A stretch of 64,000 nt of DNA from Geosiphon pyriformis uo1. Its lineage: Eukaryota; Fungi; Glomeromycota. The position numbers and the translations under genes were made by a program. The notes under the pieces are model-generated. The model was not told where the DNA came from. It made no database searches and was given only the letters and a program-made list of their open reading frames with translations. Location: positions 62,001-126,000 of the forward strand of contig JAAOMT010000071.1 in assembly GCA_016748015.1 (NCBI GenBank). The letters run 5' to 3'. Numbering within the stretch: the stretch's first letter is position 1; the number at the start of each line of letters is the position of its first letter. Shown piece after piece: positions 13,006-26,919 of the stretch.

Positions 13006-15952
13006 AGTAAGTTTGATTTATAAAGCAAAAATATAACGAGCTTGAATCAGAGTTCACTTTGGGAATTTCAAAAATTATTTCAGCATTTATAGTTTCCATT
13101 AGGATAAACGATACAAGATGGTAGAACCGGAAAATTCTCAAGCCATATGCAACTTTTATATTTGAATTAATGAAAGTAAATTAACCGGGGTTTTTCGTTT
13201 ATAACATCTTTGTGAGGATAGGCGAACCGCAGCTAGCAACATTCAAAAAAGCTTTTTCCGAGTTTGCTCAAAACCAACGTTTTCGAGGCCGCAGTTTTGT
13301 TATATCGTCTCAAAATTAAAATATTGGGACAAATAAAAAAACCCATATTTTGACCAAAGTTCAAATTGAACCGTTGCTAAAAAATATTCAGTCATTTTTT
13401 TGATATATAAAATAAAGATGGTGATCCAAGTATTTTTAGTAGAGATAAAAATGAGTCTTAAATCAATTTTGATAGAACCTTTTTATAGCAGTGAGAAATC
13501 CTGTAAGAGTATAGGTATTTGAGATAAATAATTTAATAAACCTTGGACGAAGATATCATAATCGTTGACCAGTATACTAATGATCAAAAATAATTTCTAA
13601 TTAATCATACTTATGTCTTATTGAGAAATAAGATAAGTACCAATAATATTCATGTATTTAACAAAACTTACCATTTAGTTTTTTGAAAATTTAATTCTCA
13701 AAGATTATATATACATAATATTTATTATTTTTAATATTATTTTACAAATAATTTTTATTATACATAATAATTTTTGTTGAATCAAAAGAAATTTTTTTAT
13801 CTAAAATATACATTATAAATAAAAAACAAATCAAAAAGTAAATTTAAATATTTTATTTGCTTAAAAAATTCTATTTTATTATATCAAACCAACCAATTTA
13901 ATATAAGTAAATTAATAATGTATATAAGTTTTTATAAAAATTTAAGTTTATATAATATTTTTCTTAAAAAAAACATATATATCAAAATTACTGCATATTA
14001 ATAATTATTAATATTATTATTTAATTAAAAAAATAATTTTAAAAAGCTTAAATAAATATTTTATTTAAAAACATTATAATACTTCAATATATAAAAAATA
14101 ATAACAATATATATATTAAATATTTTATTGCTTTTAATTAATACAACATTATAGTTGCTTGAAAAAATTTAAATTCTATTTCAAACTTATTAATATTATA
14201 ATAAATTTGTAAATATTAATTGGTTATTAATTAAAAAAATAAAAATTTGTATTTGAATTAAAATTGGTTTTGAAATTGCTATTTTATATTTTGTGAAAAT
14301 TTTGATTTAATTTTTACATAAGTTAAAAATTGGAAAACTTTTCATTAAATTAAGGCAAGAGTTTTTTGAAAAGATAATTCTCATATTTCCAATAACTTTT
14401 AAGAATATTTTCCTCTTCAATATGACCAAACACACACACATATATATATATATATATATTGGGATAATTTAACGCCAAGTTTATTGAAAATAGTAAGAGG
14501 ATAATTCTTAAGATTTTTGAATATGTGGCCATGACTCATGAGAACGGAATGATTCATAAAGACATAACCTCCTATCAAATGACTTATTTTAATTTCAATT
14601 AGCTATTATTTATTTTAATTGATAAAAAAACTTTTGGTTGTTAATGTTGTTAAAGATACCAAAATTAGAACATTTTGTTCTAGATTATAAAATTATTCTT
14701 TTTGGTTTTTGGTAAAATTGTCTTAACCCAATTTGTTAGATTTGTTTTATATGCTTAAGTTATAAATTAATATATTGTATCTTTTATAATTACAGTTGTT
14801 AACTTTACAAAAAACAAAAAAATTGGTTTCTTAAAATAATAAAGCTTTTTTAAAAAAATTTTAATGCTTATTTATTTGTTAATAACATTATAATATTTGA
14901 AAACATAATAACAAATATTTCTGTAATAATAAACTTTTTTATTAAAGCATACTGACTTTAATTTGACCAAGGCTTTTGGCTTAAAAATGAAAAAAATTAC
15001 TTTTAAATTTAAATATAAAAACAGTTAAAAAAATTTTACTTCTTAACTTATAGTAATTTTACATAAGTTTAGGTGATTAATTATTAATAAAAATTGCATG
15101 ATCTATGTCTATTATCAAACATGTTTGCTGAGTAGTTTTAATAGTAATTGAATTACACTTAATTAAAGTAAAATAAAAAAACAAGACATAATTGCATTTA
15201 TATATTATTATTTAAATAATTGCAACTTTATCTTTTGTTGATAATAAAAACATTTAGAAAATATTTAACTTTTAATAAAAAGCTGTTTATTATATACATA
15301 TTTATAAAATTTAAATTTAAATTTTTTACAAAAGATTTTAAATCAAATTATAATTTTAATAAGAATTTTAACCTTTTTCTGTGTATGGTAAAAACACTTT
15401 ATTGTTGAAGAATATTTATTATTAAAGAATAATATTATAGATAAATCATCAAGTTCTAATAAATTTGATATAATTAAATTTCTCATTTTTTAAAAATTTC
15501 TTAATTTATAATTTTTATTTATTTTTCTTTACATATAACAACAGTAGATGCAATAGGGACAACGATGATGATAACGGCGGCGATAAGGATAATAACAACG
15601 ACAAAGATTTGGAATAACGGGCAGTCATCATATATTTATTTCCTGACTACACGTCAATGCATGATAATGTAATCAGGCGTTGAATAATCTATCAATATAG
15701 AAATTGAAATTAAAAATTCATAATAATTATCGTTATAAAATATTGAGACAGTTATGTCCCTCTAAAGATGATGATGATGAAATACATGAGTCACTTCTTC
15801 GAGATATCACTTGGTAGTACAAGTCCATCATTGACCTATAAATTAGAGTATAAAATCCGAGGTTCAAGAAGGATCGACTTTATATTTCTATTTTCCTGTT
15901 TGCAGACTTTATAATTTTTTCTTGGCTAAAGACAAATTCTAAAGCTTTAAAT

Positions 15953-16811
15953 ATGGATCCTAAGGAAGCTTTCGATATTTCTGTACAAACGGAGAATCCC
16001 TTGACTAAGGAAAAAATCTCTTTCATCGACGAATGTCTGGATATTTTCATTGGTGGCAATATGCGATGGGAATACGATTCTGTGATTCGCGTGAATTTGA
16101 TCAAATGGCTTGATACTCATAAGCTTACGGCCGAATATCTTTTCGAATCGATTTGCAAGCTTAATCAAAATCCAAGATACTGGACTTTTCAAGCATTCTT
16201 TTATATGAATGGATTTGGAACCATAAGAGACCCCCAGCAAGCTTTTCAGTGGTATCATTGTGCCGCGCTAATGGGTGATCATCTTGGGGAACAAGAAATA
16301 GCAACCTGCTATATTTATGGTGAAATCATTATTTAAAATTTTTTACACTTGATAATTATTGCGTTTAACTTAGTAATTGGTTCGAATAATTTAAATAGGG
16401 ATAGGAGTTGATAAAGACGAAAAGAAAGGTGTTTTTTGGTATCAAAAAGCTGCTGATGGCGATTTTGCAATTGCACAGAATATTCTAGCAAGCTGTTACC
16501 TTTATGGTCGTGGGGTCGAAATTGATGTAAACAAAGCAGTTCACTGGTTTCAAAAGTCTGCAGATTCTGGCTTCCGAGAAGCTTTGTACTGCCTTGCTAG
16601 GTGTTATGAAACGGGTATTGGTGTTAAACAGAATAAGCGTCAAGCCTTCAAATTATACCAAAAATCCGCGGATGCTGGTTTTCATACTGGTGTTTGTCAA
16701 GTTGGCCTTTGTCACTCGCGTGGTATCGGTACCATACGTGATACCCACGCAGCATTTCTCTTTTATCATCGGGATATAAAATGTGCAAATTATACGGGAC
16801 TGTTGATCTAG
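15953..16811 (+). CDS. Sel1-like repeat protein, ~259 aa
   Basis: Exons 15953-16319 and 16399-16811. About five Sel1 repeats, e.g. AIAQNILASCYLYGRGVEIDVNKAVHWFQKSADSG and EALYCLARCYETGIGVKQNKRQAFKLYQKSADAG. Confidence 0.92.
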
Positions 16812-17911
16812 GAATATGAAGTACTTTTAAAATTTGAAGCACATTCTTCAATAATAACTTTTTCGATTTTCATTACCATATTTTCTCTAAATCCTTTATT
16901 CGTTCGTCATAAATTTCAGGAAAATATCAATGAACAGTGAGAGAAGTCGATATTAGATGTATGACTATACAAAAAATTGAATGATCAATTATCAAAATTA
17001 CAATGGTAAGATACTCTCTCCCCTCTTTTTAAAACAGACTTTTTGTATTAGAGGTACAACTCTTTGAATTATCTTATGTGGGAGTAGCCGAATATAAATC
17101 AAACCTTTGAATTAAAACTCAAGAAAGGGTATAAATTATTAAGTCAGCAACTAACAGTATATCAAAATAGTATTGTACTCACCTCCATCATAATACCCCT
17201 CTCTTATAAATTCGATTTTGTTTAAAATACCCACGGCACTATATAAAGCATTTTATGGTATCCATCAGAAAAACATGATTAGTGCATTAGTTCACCTAAT
17301 TAGAAACCCGATTTAGAAGCTGGTTTATGGCAAAATGCAATACATGTATTCAGAAGAAAGGATCTTTTAGAAAGAAGGCCTTGCACAGATTTATCAATAA
17401 TATAAGACCACTCATTTAAAAATAACAAGTAAATAAATATTCGAATTTCATTAAAAGATGATTTACAAATATCATTATAGGGGGGAACTGATTCCTGAAT
17501 GTATCATCTCCAGCAATGCACAAAGCTATTACATTAGAGATAATCAAGAATTTAAATATTGGCTGTCGAGAATTGGGAAGCTGAAAATAGTTATATCAAT
17601 CATAAATAGTTTAATTTATCATAAATAGTTTTTAATAAGGATTCAACCAAATATTGCGCAAAGGAATCTTTTATTCACTTTGAGAACTTTTGAATACCAA
17701 AGACGGCTTCAATTTTCTTACTCCACTCTCGAAGTTCTTTGTCAAAATAAAGGCTGCCTTCAATCGTTGGAATGAGAATGAAATTGAAAATTTTATTTGA
17801 GAAATCTAATCTCTGATATAATCCATTTATTAACCATTCTATACTGGAAAGCAATATATTTATAGTTGGGGATAAAATAGTTTCTCTTTTAAATTACTTG
17901 AAAAGAAAAAT

Positions 17912-19402
17912 TTAAATCTCAGAGAATCTCCACATTCTAGAGTTCCACCAGTTAAGTAATGGACTTAAAAAAATTATAGTAGAGTCGCAAACAAATACGG
18001 AAGCGAATATTGAGGCAGAAATAAAATCATAGGATCCTGCGCGAAAAACTATAAAAGTAAGCAATAAATGTTAGTAGTCGGTCAGCCATTCTAAATAAAA
18101 AAAGATCAAAAAAAGTCCTAAATATTTAATATATTTACATAAACTTATCATACCAAAAAGTGCTCCCTATAAAATGTGAGAGCTCTTATGATTATATTTG
18201 AAACTCAAACTTTTCATAACTTGAACTATTTAACCCCTTACCGTTGCATCGCACGACAAAAAGATCAAAGAAATCCCTTGGACCTTTTTTTCTCCTGAGT
18301 TTTGTAAAATTAAAATGATTTCTATATCTAATTAAAAAACAAACAAACAAAAAATACTTTCAATAACTGGAAAAACTCAACCCAAACATACGATAGATTT
18401 CATAAAACTGGGGTATGTAGCCTAAAAGCGTTAAGCAAATTGGCAAAATTCCAATGGTGGTTTCAGGCCATGATATATTTTTGGAATTTGCTACCTAAAC
18501 TTGCATTTATTATAAGTTATATATTAGTTAATCTTTCACATTCAAAATGAAAGATACCTATTTACCTTGATTGCAAGCACTGTAGCTAGTTGTAGCATTA
18601 TAAAAAGCCCTGTTAAAAACAAAAATATCGCAATACACCTTACCCCATGATTTATCCACCGGCTGTGCGATTTCGAATCATTAATTTTATTTGAGGACTT
18701 TGATGTTGTTGTTTGAATTACTTTAATAGTCGTTGTTGGTTCAGCTAATTCATTTTCAAAGTTAATTGAAAGTATTTCAGGAGTATTTTGACTTTTTTGA
18801 TTGTCATCATCAATATGATAAGGAGTTTCTTCTGGCTCAGATAAACAAGGTCTCCTGTCATAATAAAGGTACTGAGTATAGCAAAAAAGGCTGAATAGTG
18901 CAAAAAATTCTGGCTGTGCAATCAAAGGAATAGACCATTTGAGAACAATTCCATATGATCCCATAAAAATGACTCCAGTAATCTTGTTTAAATATATGAA
19001 ATTAGAAGATAATCTTTGTAAAAGACGAAAAATCTCTGAGAATATCAACTCACCCAGAGCAGCAACATGAACGGCGAGAAACCTTTTGAGAATAATCCAA
19101 TAAATATTGAATTTTGGAAAATTAATAGTTAAATTCTGAAATATTTTATGATTTTAGTTTTTCGTAATTCACCTATTGTGCTTTTTCGCCTCCAATTTTT
19201 GTGCACTATGAGAAACAAATGCCACAAAATTTTATTTCAAAAGTTAAAGAACCAAATTTAAAAAGATTACTTTTAATTCACCTTGAATCAATAATTCAAG
19301 CGACCACAAGATTAAACCAGCTAGACCAAAAGCATTTTCTAAAATTGGGTGATAGGATGGAAGGCTCTCATCAATTGCTTTGGCCTTCGTTATTGGTAAC
19401 AT
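17912..19402 (-). CDS. PQ-loop membrane protein (yeast Ilt1/YDR090C-like), copy A; start codon uncertain
   Basis: 8 exons: ENAFGLAGLILWSLELLIQ | VHKNWRRKSTIG | FSPFMLLLW | ITGVIFMGSYG...QPEFF...LAIK | VANSKNISWPE...GYIPQFYEIY | REKKVQGISLIFLSCDAT | GALFGMISL | FFRAGSYDF...; stop 17912-17914. Confidence 0.85.
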
Positions 19403-20566
19403 CAGGCATTTAAAAAAAGTCGTAGCGTTTAGATGATTAAGAGCTTGAGCGTGAAAGATATTAAAATGATTAATGAGAGGCAAGCGTGCAAAAAATTTTG
19501 AAATATTAAAATTTACCTTTTGGATTTATCTTAAATAAGAATCCAATAGCAAAGGAATCAACCAATATACTTACAAAAACAAAATAATGTAATTATTTTC
19601 TTGCTTTAGTGGATTTTTAGAAAGAATCGAGGAATGTTATTATTATTTTTGGATCTTTATTTTGGGATCAAGATATAAGCGATTTTCACTGTCAAAAGAA
19701 GAAAATCATTCTTACCTCTGAAAATCTTTTTCCTTGAAAACCAAAAAACACTCAATTCTAATAATTTAATGGAAATATATTTTCTTATCAGTGTTTTTAT
19801 TTGGTATTTTATCAGTTCAGATGAGATTTTGAATCAACAATTATATACTGAATACTCTTATGAATGGTATTTTCTTGTTCTTATCATTGACGGAAATCAT
19901 GACAATGTATGGCCATTTTAAAAGATACTCCTTAGTTTTAATGGTTGATTACATAACCAGGTGAAATATTTGAGCAAAATATGATGTTAATGTCCAAATT
20001 AAAATTTTGGTATCACATATTTAAAATTAGGACTACAATAATCGTTTACCGGGAGGGTATTTCATTCTTAAAAAATAACACTATAAATATATCTATTTGA
20101 TACATGAAGTTATCAAAGATTTCCCAAAAGTAAATTCATGTGAATATTAGACCCCTCACTAGGTTTGTTCCATTGGGAAATTCTGAAAATGTATGAATAT
20201 ACACATGGTATGCAAACGATTTAATAAATCATTTAATTGTAAATATGGAATCAAATCAATTTGATTTCACATTCTTCTTTTAAAGGATTTATTGAAAAAA
20301 ATTGAATTTAAATTGTTATTATAATAAACTTTTAAGTTGATTTTATTTTTTGACTAGAATATTTATATCTAGGTTCGTTCAGTAACAAATTACCCCATCA
20401 ATTTTTAAGCCAAATATTGAGCTTGGCTTTAAATCTTTAATCAAAGAATCTGAATAAACTTTAAAATTTCAAAGATTTATTTAAAATTTTCTTTTTTTCT
20501 TTATATATATATAATATCGTGAGAAACGAAGGCTTAACATAATTAAACTTTATTAATCATTTTCTT

Positions 20567-21483
20567 TTAGATAGAACATTTTAAAAGGCTATACATGAAT
20601 GTTAGAAAAGCAATGCCAAAAATTTGGATCCAATAATTAAAAGTTTGACGAAAAAAAAATTCATGGCCAGCTGAGCTTACATGAATCGTTTGAGTAACAG
20701 TCGTTACAGAGTCCGGATTTTCATCACCAGTAAAAATGGGATCAGCTATATATTGAGAAGTAGTAGTTGGGCTTTTATAGTTAACACTGCTGGTAGTCGT
20801 TCCCGCTATCGTATTAACAAAACGTAAATTTAAAGAAATCTGAATTGATTTCGGATTGACATTTGAGACCGATAAACAAATAATCCTTTCGAATTCCCAG
20901 GTAAAAGTTCGCGTGCAACTTGTAACCGGAATTCGAGGTTTTTCAGAGTGACATGAGGCTGAAATATAGTAATGAAATTCCCCCATTTTATCGCGAAAAT
21001 TCGAAATTTCTGTATTGTTTTGGACTACTGTTATAAAACCAAGATAATCTGTAACATTTGTTTTTCGAACTCCACCTGCTACTACGTTCCCGAATGAATT
21101 GCTTGCCGATTTGGTCCCATTAGTTGTATTAACAGAGTAACCTAAAAAGACGAGTTAAAAAAAGTTAAAGCTTTTGTTTAATACTTATAAACTCTGTTGG
21201 ATAGTCGCTGCATTTATACCAAATATTGTATGCTGGAAGATTTGCAATTCCAGATAAAGTTTGTCCTTGAACATTCCTGACCTAAATTTTTTGACCAAAA
21301 AGATATTATATATTTATGATTTGATTGATTGATTGATTGATTGAAATATTAACTTTGGAGTGACAATAAAGACAATTTGGGCCGACAGTTAATTCTTATA
21401 AAACTTCATTGAAGAATTTAACCAACCTCAATTAATAAAACTGATAAAATGAATGCAATAAATTTTTGCCAATACATCATCAT
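20567..21483 (-). CDS. Secreted/surface protein: signal peptide, Cys-containing domain, Ser/Thr-rich stalk, hydrophobic C-terminus (GPI or TM anchor)
   Basis: MMMYWQKFIAFILSVLLIE | VRNVQGQTLSG... | ...SASCHSEKPRIPVTSCTRT...ICLSVSN...TTTSS..PTTTS...SSAG...WIQIFGIAFLTFMYSLL. The second intron boundaries (~21142-21184) are uncertain. Confidence 0.75.
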
Positions 21484-22587
21484 CTTTGTTTCTCTTAAGA
21501 TAAGAAATCAAGAACACCCTTATAAATAGGAAGATTGATCTTTCGTTATATTGGCTTATATATTATAAATCAAGGTTTTATTTAATGTTTTGGTTGTACA
21601 TATTGACTGTTAAACCAGTTCTTGTTTGAAGAAGGCTTAATTCTGGCTTGACATGTCATACCTTTATTTATGCAGAAGTACCTGAATAATTTGAAGAAAG
21701 GAACATAAAATTCTATCAACAGGGATCTCAAAAACACTCTGAATGTTTTTATAAGAAAGCATGTGATCACCAAATATCTATGCAATGAACAAATGAATGA
21801 ATGAATGAATGAATGAATGAAAAAGGAAAGCACGTAAAATCTAGAGGTTATATTACTAAAATTACTGATGGTGATGGTGATAGCAATGGTAATATAGCAA
21901 ATTTTTTTTGGCCTGTTGACGTCGAAACTTGTGATCTTTTTTTCCTTTTTACAATCTGTTATCATTAGTTGAAAGCAAAAAAAAACTTTTATATAATTTT
22001 GAAGAAATTTTTACAAATTTTTTCATCAAATTTATTGTGGAGGGCTTTGAATTACACGTCTTTAAAGGGAGTTAGCTCTTATTTGTTCATTTCAGCTATT
22101 TCCACAAAGGTACACAAAAATGATGAAAATGAATTAGAGACACAAAAAAGATTAGATAGTAAAACCTGTTTTATTAATCAGAAAATCTACCCCGTATCGG
22201 CAGGGATTTGTAGCTGACTGACTCCCGGAATTTATGCATGTTCAACGTTTGTATTATGGAAAAAGAAACCAAATATAGGATTCAGAATATGGGAATCAGA
22301 ATAACAGGGATGACAACAAGAATCAAGATTTTATCGAACCAAAAAGAAACTTTTCTTTGATCCAGTTCAAGTTAGAGGAAACATGGATGGGTAAATGTTG
22401 AGAAAGGATATAATGTGAATAAATTTTTTAATCAGTATTTTTGAGATTTATGGTACTAATTTTTTTCTCTTCTGCTTCAATTTCATTCAGTGAGCAACAA
22501 TTGGGATTGCTTTGCCAAAGTAAAGTCTCTAACTTCGTTCATTACTTTTCAAATCTTATCGTGTAAAAATAATTTATATACTATATA

Positions 22588-22747
22588 CCTTTTCTCGGTA
22601 CAGCGCTTCATTAACTCATATATTAATTGCTGCTATCATCATAAGCAATTCTATGGCTAGATATTCCCTTTTCTCGATACAGCGCTTCATTAACTCATAA
22701 ATTAATGCTGCTATCATCATCATCATAGCAATTCAATGGCTAGATAT
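22588..22747. repeat. Tandem direct duplication of ~79 bp
   Basis: CCTTTTCTCGgTACAGCGCTTCATTAACTCATA...GCAATTCtATGGCTAGATAT at 22588-22664, repeated at 22667-22747 with an expanded (ATC)n. Confidence 0.9.
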
Positions 22748-23997
22748 GGGTATATTTTCGTTAATCAAAATATAAAATTAAAGTTTGTCAATCATGAATA
22801 ATGCGGGAGTTTAACTTTTGGTGTAAAAAAGGAGGTATATTCTTCTCGAAATGAATGGCTTATTAAAGATAAACGAGAATTCTAAATGGAGCTCCTTCTG
22901 CTTAAATGTGTAACCAAATTGAAGCAGGGTCATCATGTAATATTTATACATTAGGTTTACATTTTCGATTAATAATCCTCCCCTAAATTTAGATGTTTTA
23001 ACACAGTGTTTTTATTCCACATGTAAAACCGCAAAAAGGAAAAATAATTTAAATTTTTTATTTTTTTATTTTTTTGATACGAAAAATATTATTTGAAAAA
23101 TAGAAATCAACTATTTATTTTTTAGAGATATAAACTTTTAATTATATTTGCAAATTTAAACTTTTATGTTTATATTATTTCCGAATGAATGAAAGTTGAT
23201 TCTACTAAAAAGTATATAAACATTTTTATTTCAAAAAATCATATCTGATCTAAAAATTTTTGATGTTTTCGAAATCTGATTATCTTTTAAAGACTATTAC
23301 ATTTATACAAAACAAAGAAATTTAAAAACTAAATTCTATCGTCATAAAAATTTCCTCGATCGAATAGGATTCGTTCAATAAAATTGTAAAGTAATAAACT
23401 AATTATATAAAACTTTTGATTATCACCATTTAAAAGAAAGATCATTTGTAAGCATCTCACTTTGACAGGATGGTTCCATTTTTATTTGCAAATCAAAATG
23501 CGACACAAAAAGATCATGAATAAAGAGAGAGAAAATATCTCTCCAACCATTTCAAATCAGTCTTAAAGCAATCAGAGATAAATAATGATTGTCTATGCTT
23601 TTCACTGATCAAATTTCGGTCGAATTAAAGTTACCAAACATAAACCATGTTCAACATGACACAATTGTTATTTTTTATGTACGAATTTGAAATAATGGAT
23701 CGGTGTTATGTGACGCGTGAAACAATATCAGATTTAATACATATATATATATATATATATATGTTTACAGCATTTTTTAATAAATATATCTAAGGTTTGT
23801 TTCAAATCTAGTAACGATTGATCTAAATTCTTTAGCTCGTCAAAACATAATCAAATATTTTTTTAAAAAAAAAATTTAATAAATCGGGGATTACGTTAAA
23901 GAATTTATTTATTTATTTATTTATTACCATTGAAAAATTTTTTTACAAGAAACGAATGGTTGTAACCTTATAGACAAAAATTAATTCAAAAACAAAA

Positions 23998-25270
23998 ATG
24001 GATACAACGGAGCAAATGTTTTTACCAATGTTCTCCTGGAGAACATTGAACCACACCTCATTTGACAGACCTAATGGTTACTATTATTCTCGGACAGAAA
24101 TTGATACGCCTCACAATGAGATTCCTGGATATTATTCTCCTCTTGAAAATACTTTTGGCCTACTGGGAACATTATTATGGTCATTGCAGTTACTACCACA
24201 AGGTACACTAGGAACAAAAATTGAAATATTCTCGGTAAAAAAAATTATTGATCCAACCTGCTCTCTACCCTACCCTACCCACCTAAAAGCATACATGAGT
24301 TGGAAACGAAAAAGTACAAAAGGTATCAATCTCGTGATTCATTGATTAAGATAATACATTTTTAATCATCCATAAAAATATCTTTTCATCGATTCATTTT
24401 TTAAAAGGTCTCTCACCTACAATGATGATATTATGGGTAAGAGGTTTAAAAATAAAACCTATTTTCGCGTTTTTATTTGAAATTTACCTAGCCTTCACTA
24501 TCATTTTTATCAGGTATTTGCAAGCATATTTTTCGGAATTTATGCAGTCTTATTAAATCTTTCCATACCTCTCATGGCCCAACCGCAAATCTTTGGACTT
24601 ATAAGCCTTCTGTGTCATGTGCAATGTTTGTATTATGAAAATGAAACCTATTATAGATATGGGAATAAAAATAAAAAAGATGACGAGGCAATTTTATCTG
24701 AAAAAACCAACCCAGAAGATACGATTATTGCAGTTAATGAAATACTCTCTGACGATAAATCTGAAATAGAGACAGAGAGTAGCTCTATACATCATCATCA
24801 TGGCAAGCACGACAGTATTGCCCAATTATTATTCAATTTACCAACACTTGATGATGATATACAACCAACCACAAAAACCCACAAAAAGCTACGAATTCAT
24901 CAAATCAAAATTACCTTGATCTTTTGTTCGTGGATCGCTTTCCTTGGCGCAATACAAGTCGGAGGAGTTCTCGGGATTAAGGTAAATTTTTAAAATGACC
25001 AAGACTATTATCGTGAAATCTAAATTTTTATTTTAACAGGAGGCAAATAAACGCGAGATTGAATGGCCGGAAACAGTGTTAGGAGTGTTCCCAGTAATCC
25101 TACTGCTAATTGGATTTATCCCTCAATATTACGAAATTTATTGTAAGATATTTTTATCTTTTATTTTTTGATTATTGGAGACTTTAATTAATAAAATCTC
25201 TTTCCCTTCTTTCAGGCAATAAAGAAGTACAGGGTATTTCATTCTTATTCTTGGGACTTGACATGATGGT

Positions 25271-25305
<35 letters not shown>

Positions 25306-25644
25306 AAAAAATTAAAATTTTCACATAAATCCAAAGAACTATTAACAATTCTTTTTAACTTTACTGAATTTAGGGGGCGGCGATTTCAATAGTCAGTTTA
25401 GGTAAGTTTTACTCGTAATCTCACCAATAATTGCTCAAATAATAACCTTAAGCTTCCTAAATTTAAACCAATATTTATCGTAGTTTTTCGGAAGCCACCT
25501 TTTGATACAGTGGCTTCATTAACCTATGCGTCAGTGTTTTCTTGCGATGCCATAATAGTGATTCTATACTTTGTATTGAATCGGTTGAAACGAAAAAAGA
25601 GTACAACGCCGCCGGAAATGGAGGAAGTCATTAGAGAGGCCTGA
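23998..25644 (+). CDS. PQ-loop membrane protein (yeast Ilt1/YDR090C-like), copy B
   Basis: 8 exons at the same positions as copy A: ENTFGLLGTLLWSLQLLPQ | AYMSWKRKSTKG | LSPTMMILW | VFASIFFGIY...QPQIF...LGIK | EANKREIEWPE...GFIPQYYEIY | CNKEVQGISFLFLGLDMM | GAAISIVSL | VFRKPPFD...; TGA 25642-25644. Confidence 0.92.
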
Positions 25645-26144
25645 TTAGAACTTTTAACGGATTGGAAAAATTTTCAAAATTCTTGCTAATTGCTACTAAT
25701 AGACCATAGATCTAAAAATTCCTCTGTAAAAATAATTATAATGATTGGTAATCTCTTCTTTACATGTGATATTGCCAGAAATAAACATTCTGCTTCCATG
25801 GTGTAACACAGATTATTTTTATGTAAACAAATGATCTTTAAAAAAGTTCTTCTTTTAGGTAAGTTTGTCATTTGTTTTCTAGATGGTAACCACTTTTGGT
25901 GAGATGAAATAATTTATATTGGCGGCGCAAATAAAGCAAAGGGGCTTAGAATCTTCCAAGTTGCTTTCCTTTTTGAAAATTATTTTATGAATAATTGATT
26001 TGGCATGTAAAAAAGTTTTTTGTTTCAAAATTAAATTAGATAATAAAATTAATTTATTTTTTAACAATCAATATACGCCTGCAATCTCTTCTCGGAGAAT
26101 AAACTCCCATATACTTTTGTGTTACAAAAATCTTAATTTACTCA

Positions 26145-26349
26145 TTTTGTTTTGTTTTTTGTTTTGTTTTGTTTTGTTTTGTTTTGTTTTGTTTTGTTTT
26201 GTTTTGTCTTGTCTTGTTTTGTTTTGGTTTGGTTTGTTTTGTTTTGTTTTGTTTTGTTTTGTTTTGTTTTGTTTTGTTTTGTTTTATTTGCTTTATTTTT
26301 CTTTGATCTGATTCGATTTGATTCGATTTGATTCGATTTGATTCGATTC
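26145..26349. repeat. Compound pentanucleotide microsatellite: (GTTTT)n followed by alternating (GATTC/GATTT)n
   Basis: Directly visible in the sequence. Confidence 0.95.
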
Positions 26350-26919
26350 CTTATTAAGCGATTCTTGTATAAACAGTCAGAAATAGTCATATTTGAAAGA
26401 TATTTTAACCATTGGAGGACCAAATAGAACAAAAAGAATAAACTAGAAATATTTAACAGAAAGGTTCATAAATATTTTTAACAGTGAAATCAAAAAACGA
26501 TAAAAAAATTAAAAAAAAAAGAAAAGGCAAAAGAAAAAGAAAAATAATAATAATAATAATAATAAGTAATATTTCCAAAATTAAAAAAAGATTTTCTAAT
26601 TTGAATCAATTTAAGGTAAATATTAATTGTTTTCCATTTAATTTATTATGAAGAAATATTTTTGTTTTTTTAAATGACTTTTTAGATCACCGATTTTGTA
26701 TATTGTGCTATGACTTTGTCATTGTCATTATCCCATTAAAAAATTTCAGCATTGTTTAACATCAAATGTTTTAATCTTTTTTTTGTTTTACTTTGTATTT
26801 TTTTAAAAAACATTCTTTTTAATATTCATTATATTCTTATAATAACCATTTATAGAAACCGCCATTAGTTTTTTTAATTAAAATTCATCACACGTTAAAA
26901 CAATCGAATGTTAATTTTG

